Positions 60,573-64,000 of a DNA stretch of 64,000 nucleotides are shown piece by piece (within the stretch, counting starts at the first letter, position 1; the number at the start of each line of letters is the position of its first letter). This DNA comes from Spirochaetia bacterium (GTDB lineage: Bacteria; Spirochaetota; Spirochaetia; SZUA-6; Bin103). The stretch lies in the NCBI GenBank assembly GCA_965203905.1, contig CBDBDQ010000005.1, forward strand, positions 7,680,001-7,744,000, read 5' to 3'. The position numbers and the translations under genes were made by a program. The notes beneath the pieces are model-generated. The model was not told the DNA's origin. It saw only the letters and a program-made list of their open reading frames with translations, and did not search any database.

Positions 60573-60851
60573 CAGTAGTCCACCTTTGACGGAGCCCGGG
60601 TAGTCGGGGACGTCGATCGACGCCCGCCGGTGGCCGCTTCGGCATGCCGCCTGCGGTCTCGCTCCGCTGCCGACGCAAGGTACTCACGCCGGCGCCGCGT
60701 GTCGACAACACCACCGGGCGAAGGCCAGGCAGGCCCCGCGACAACCCACACCTACACCTGGAGGCCGGCGTGACACCTTGGCTGCTACGGCTCATGCTAC
60801 ACGCCCTGCTATAGTCATGGCACCGTCAGACCACACTCAGGAGGCTACCAA

Positions 60852-61860
60852 ATGGAACAACGCAGGTTCGGGGACAGCGATCTGACCTGTTCGGCACTCG
60901 GGTTCGGAACCTGGGAGTTGAGCACCAACCAGTATGGCGAGATCGACGTAGCGGAGGCGGAACGGGCGGCCCGGGAGGCGATCGACCACGGCATCACGCT
61001 GTTCGACACCGCCGAGGCATACGGGCCCTGCATCTCGGAGGAGCTGCTCGGCAAGGCGCTCGGCGCGCGGCGCAAGGAGATCGTCCTGGTGACCAAGGTG
61101 GGGTTCAAGTACGGCGGCGGCCGCCAGGGCGCACAGTGCTCGACGTTTGACCACGTCGTGTCCAGCACGGAGGGCTGCCTGCGCCGCCTCGGCACCGACT
61201 GGATCGACCTGATGCTGATCCACTGGCCGGACCACAACACCCCGTACGGGGAGCCGATCGCGGCGCTGGAGAAACTCAAGCAGGACGGCAAGATCCGCCA
61301 CTACGGATGTGTCCAACTTCTCCCCGGCGATGATGGACGTGTGCGAGAGCACCGGGCACCTGGCCGCCAACCAGGTGGGCTACCACCTGTTCGACCGGCG
61401 CGTGGAACGGGCCGTGCTGCCCTACACGCGGTCCCACGGCATCGGCTTCATGGCCTACGGCACGCTGGGCTTCGGCCTCCTGACCGGCGCGTTCAACGAG
61501 TCGACCACCTTCGTGGACTGGGACTGGCGCTCCAAGGGCTACGCCTTCGGCCTGCCCCTGTTCCAGCGCGAGCAGTTCCTTGGGCAACTGCGCGTGGTCG
61601 AACGGTTGCGGGCAATCGCCGCCCGCCACGGCAAGTCGGTCGCGCAGCTCGCCATCTCCTGGGTGCTCGGCAACCCCGCGGTGACCGTGGCGCTGGTCGG
61701 CATTCGCCGCAGCGACGAACTGAAGGAGAACGTGGCCGCGGTCGAGTGGCGCCTGTCCGCCGAGGAACGGCAGGAGATCGACGCCATCTTCGCCGAAGAG
61801 GGGGTGCCGACCCACGCCGAAACCGCGCAGATTACGGAGCCGTTCCTGCCGGCCCGCTGA
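60852..61860 (+). CDS. Aldo/keto reductase; frameshift near 61308
   Basis: LGFGTW, FDTAEAYG, IHWPD, GKIRHYG/VSNF, QLAISW. Confidence 0.88.
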
Positions 61861-62010
61861 CCAGGGTCACGGACGGCGCACGCCCGCCGTCACGGCGCGG
61901 CCGCGGAGGACGCCCCAACTGAGGAGCGTTACCCTCCGCGGCCAAGCGGGAAGACGCGCACGGAGCGAGCCGGTTTCCCGGTTATCCGCAACCGCGTCTT
62001 CGATATCGGG

Positions 62011-63732
62011 CTAGTATCCCATCGACGCCTTCATGTCCTGGTCGAGCCACATGAGGTCGAAGAGGCCGTCGTGCACCATGTAGCACGCCTCGCCGTAGTA
62101 GTTCTTCACCCACGGCCACCAGAAGGTGAACTTGAGCGGATGCGGAATGGCGACGGTGAGCGCGTTGTCGATCAGGATCAGGTTCGCCTCCGTCAGCAGC
62201 TCCACGCGCTTGTCCTTGTCGAACTCCTTCTCCGCCGCGGCCAGCAACTCGTCGAAGCGCGCATCGCTGAACCGGTTGATGTTGTTGCGCGCGTCCGTTG
62301 CCGCGTTGCCGCGGAACCTCATCAGCGTCAACTCGGTGCCCCACCACTCGATCCAGGCATCCCAGTCTTCCCGGTCATGCGGCTGTCCCCAGTGCAGACC
62401 CGCCTCGTTTACCTCGATCTCGACATCGATGTTGAACTGCTGCTTCCACAAGCCGGCAAACGCCTCCGCTACCGGCGGCGTGAACGGCCGGTTGCTCGAC
62501 AGCAGCTTCATCTTGAAGCCGTTCGGGTAGCCGGCGTCGGCGAGCAACTGCTGCGCCTTCTCCAGGTCGTAGGTCAGGATCTCCTTGTGCTGCGGCGGCA
62601 GTTCATCGTACGGCACGAAGCCCTCGGCGCGCCACATCAGCGGCCACTCCAGCGGTGCATCGCGTTCGTAGACGGTTTGCGCAATGGCTTCCCGGTCGGT
62701 GCCCATCGACAGCGCCCGCCGCACCGCGACGTTGTCGAACGGCGGCCGGTCCACGCGCAGGCGCATGCCGATTACGCCGCCGTAGACGTCGTACGCCTGC
62801 TGGATATCGGGATTGGTCATGGCCAGCGAGTCGGCGTGCGTTTTCTCGGCAAACGACACGTAGTCCAGCTTCGCCGTGCGCAGCGCGGCGATGCGCGTGG
62901 TTTCATCGCGAATGATCGGAATCACCACGTTGTCGACGAACGGAAGCTGATACTGCTTGCCGTCTATGGTGGTTTTGCGCCAGTAGAGCGGATTCTTCAC
63001 CATCCGGAAGTGAGAGCCCGGCGAATACTCCTCCAGCGCGAACGGGCCGGTACCGACCATGTTGTTCCAATCGACCGGCCCGGCTTCCACCATCTCCGGC
63101 GGAATGTGCCAGCCGCGCGCGAGGTCGAGCAGATCCTCCAACCAGATCGGGTTGAAATACTTGGTGTGCAGCTTGACCGTGCTGTCATCGATAACCTCGA
63201 TCGACTCTATCCAGTCCTTTTGCAACACAGCCGAGCCGCGCGGTGCGTCCAGGAAGCGGCTGATGTTGAATTCGAAATCGTGGGCGGTGTACTCACGCGC
63301 TTCCATGACCGGGTTGGGGCTCATACCCGACCACATGACACCCGGCCGAATGTGAAATACCAGCGCGTCGGGGCTCTGTTCCCAACGCTCCACCGTGCGC
63401 CCAACGTAGTACTTGTTGGGTGGGAACTCACCGTCGAACGGATACTCGTTGGTGCCTCTCGGCCCATACTCCTCGACGCCCCCAGTCCACGGTTTCTCGC
63501 CGATCAGGGTAGCTACCCTGGTTTCGCCAGGCGGCGCGGAGCTGACCGGATCGCCGGTGCCATCGGTCTGAATGATGCGCTGCATCACGTTCAGGGTGCC
63601 GCCATATTGCGGTTCGCCGTCCTCGGCTGCCATGTCTCCCGCCGCCGTGGAGGACTCTTCCTCTCCGCCGGCAAACAGCGGCGCACCGGCCACCAGGAGA
63701 CCCAGAATGATAAGGGTCAAAAACTTCGTCAT
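62011..63732 (-). CDS. Family-5 ABC substrate-binding protein
   Basis: Signal peptide, PQYGGT, VGTGPF, PPFDNVAVRRAL, WLDQDMKASMGY. Confidence 0.9.
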   Translation of the reverse strand: MTKFLTLIILGLLVAGAPLFAGGEEESSTAAGDMAAEDGEPQYGGTLNVMQRIIQTDGTGDPVSSAPPGETRVATLIGEKPWTGGVEEYGPRGTNEYPFDGEFPPNKYYVGRTVERWEQSPDALVFHIRPGVMWSGMSPNPVMEAREYTAHDFEFNISRFLDAPRGSAVLQKDWIESIEVIDDSTVKLHTKYFNPIWLEDLLDLARGWHIPPEMVEAGPVDWNNMVGTGPFALEEYSPGSHFRMVKNPLYWRKTTIDGKQYQLPFVDNVVIPIIRDETTRIAALRTAKLDYVSFAEKTHADSLAMTNPDIQQAYDVYGGVIGMRLRVDRPPFDNVAVRRALSMGTDREAIAQTVYERDAPLEWPLMWRAEGFVPYDELPPQHKEILTYDLEKAQQLLADAGYPNGFKMKLLSSNRPFTPPVAEAFAGLWKQQFNIDVEIEVNEAGLHWGQPHDREDWDAWIEWWGTELTLMRFRGNAATDARNNINRFSDARFDELLAAAEKEFDKDKRVELLTEANLILIDNALTVAIPHPLKFTFWWPWVKNYYGEACYMVHDGLFDLMWLDQDMKASMGY

Positions 63733-63833
63733 CTTCACTCCTTCATGAATCCGACAACTGAACCATGAATGATCGAAGGCATGGCGGGTGGTTCCGGCCT
63801 GCCATGCGGATCCCGCGTGATATCTTCCTGAAA

Positions 63834-64000
63834 TCACCTCCTCCGTTGCGTGACTCGAAAGTTGCCGGTGCCGCCGCGCAGCCGCGGATCGAGCAGATCG
63901 CGCAGCGCGTCACCGAGCACGTTGATGCCGAACACCACCGCGGCCAGGGCAACTCCCGGCCACAGCGCCATCCACGGCGCCTTGAACATGTACAGCCTGC
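63834..64000 (-). CDS. Opp/Dpp-type permease C, 3' end only (window edge)
   Basis: APWMALWPG...GDALRDLLDPRLRG. Confidence 0.85.
   Translation of the reverse strand, partial: RLYMFKAPWMALWPGVALAAVVFGINVLGDALRDLLDPRLRGGTGNFRVTQRRR

Noticed and set aside
24100-61310. Programmed frameshifting in split genes
   Set aside because: No shared slippery motif; the indels are positionally clustered, consistent with sequencing error
1-64000. tRNA, rRNA or prophage genes
   Set aside because: No such signatures noticed on reading; no scan could be run

Overview
High-GC bacterial window. The signal-peptide style of the solute-binding proteins (SBPs) suggests a Spirochaetota-like organism, but that is inference only. 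Ordinary content: CoA/lipid and small-molecule catabolic enzymes, six ABC-importer loci with no ABC ATPase gene visible, a dense set of type II toxin-antitoxin modules and remnants, and stand-alone AAA ATPases. Main non-ordinary content: (1) a 6-kb four-gene DDE transposon (43712-49707) with 17-bp terminal inverted repeats (TIRs) and a CCTGG target duplication, encoding a Cys/His protein, a Mu/rve-type transposase with an in-frame TAG, an ExeA-like ATPase and a RepA/AAA_25 helicase-like ATPase; (2) an IS110 nested in a perfect palindrome of that transposon, with bridge-RNA-like target and donor guides and a predicted circle-junction promoter; (3) a complete IS21 whose empty target site survives as a second copy in the window; (4) paralogous, lower-GC Opp/Dpp-type cassettes. 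Two of these cassettes share a conserved ~500-600 bp leader and a conserved signal-peptide module, and one is preceded by a four-unit array of promoter plus micro-ORF repeats. Short orphan fragments of transporter, TA, methyltransferase and probable group II intron sequences are scattered between genes. Many single-base frameshifts, clustered at 24-36 kb, look like long-read assembly errors. All calls come from reading motifs by eye; no database searches were run.
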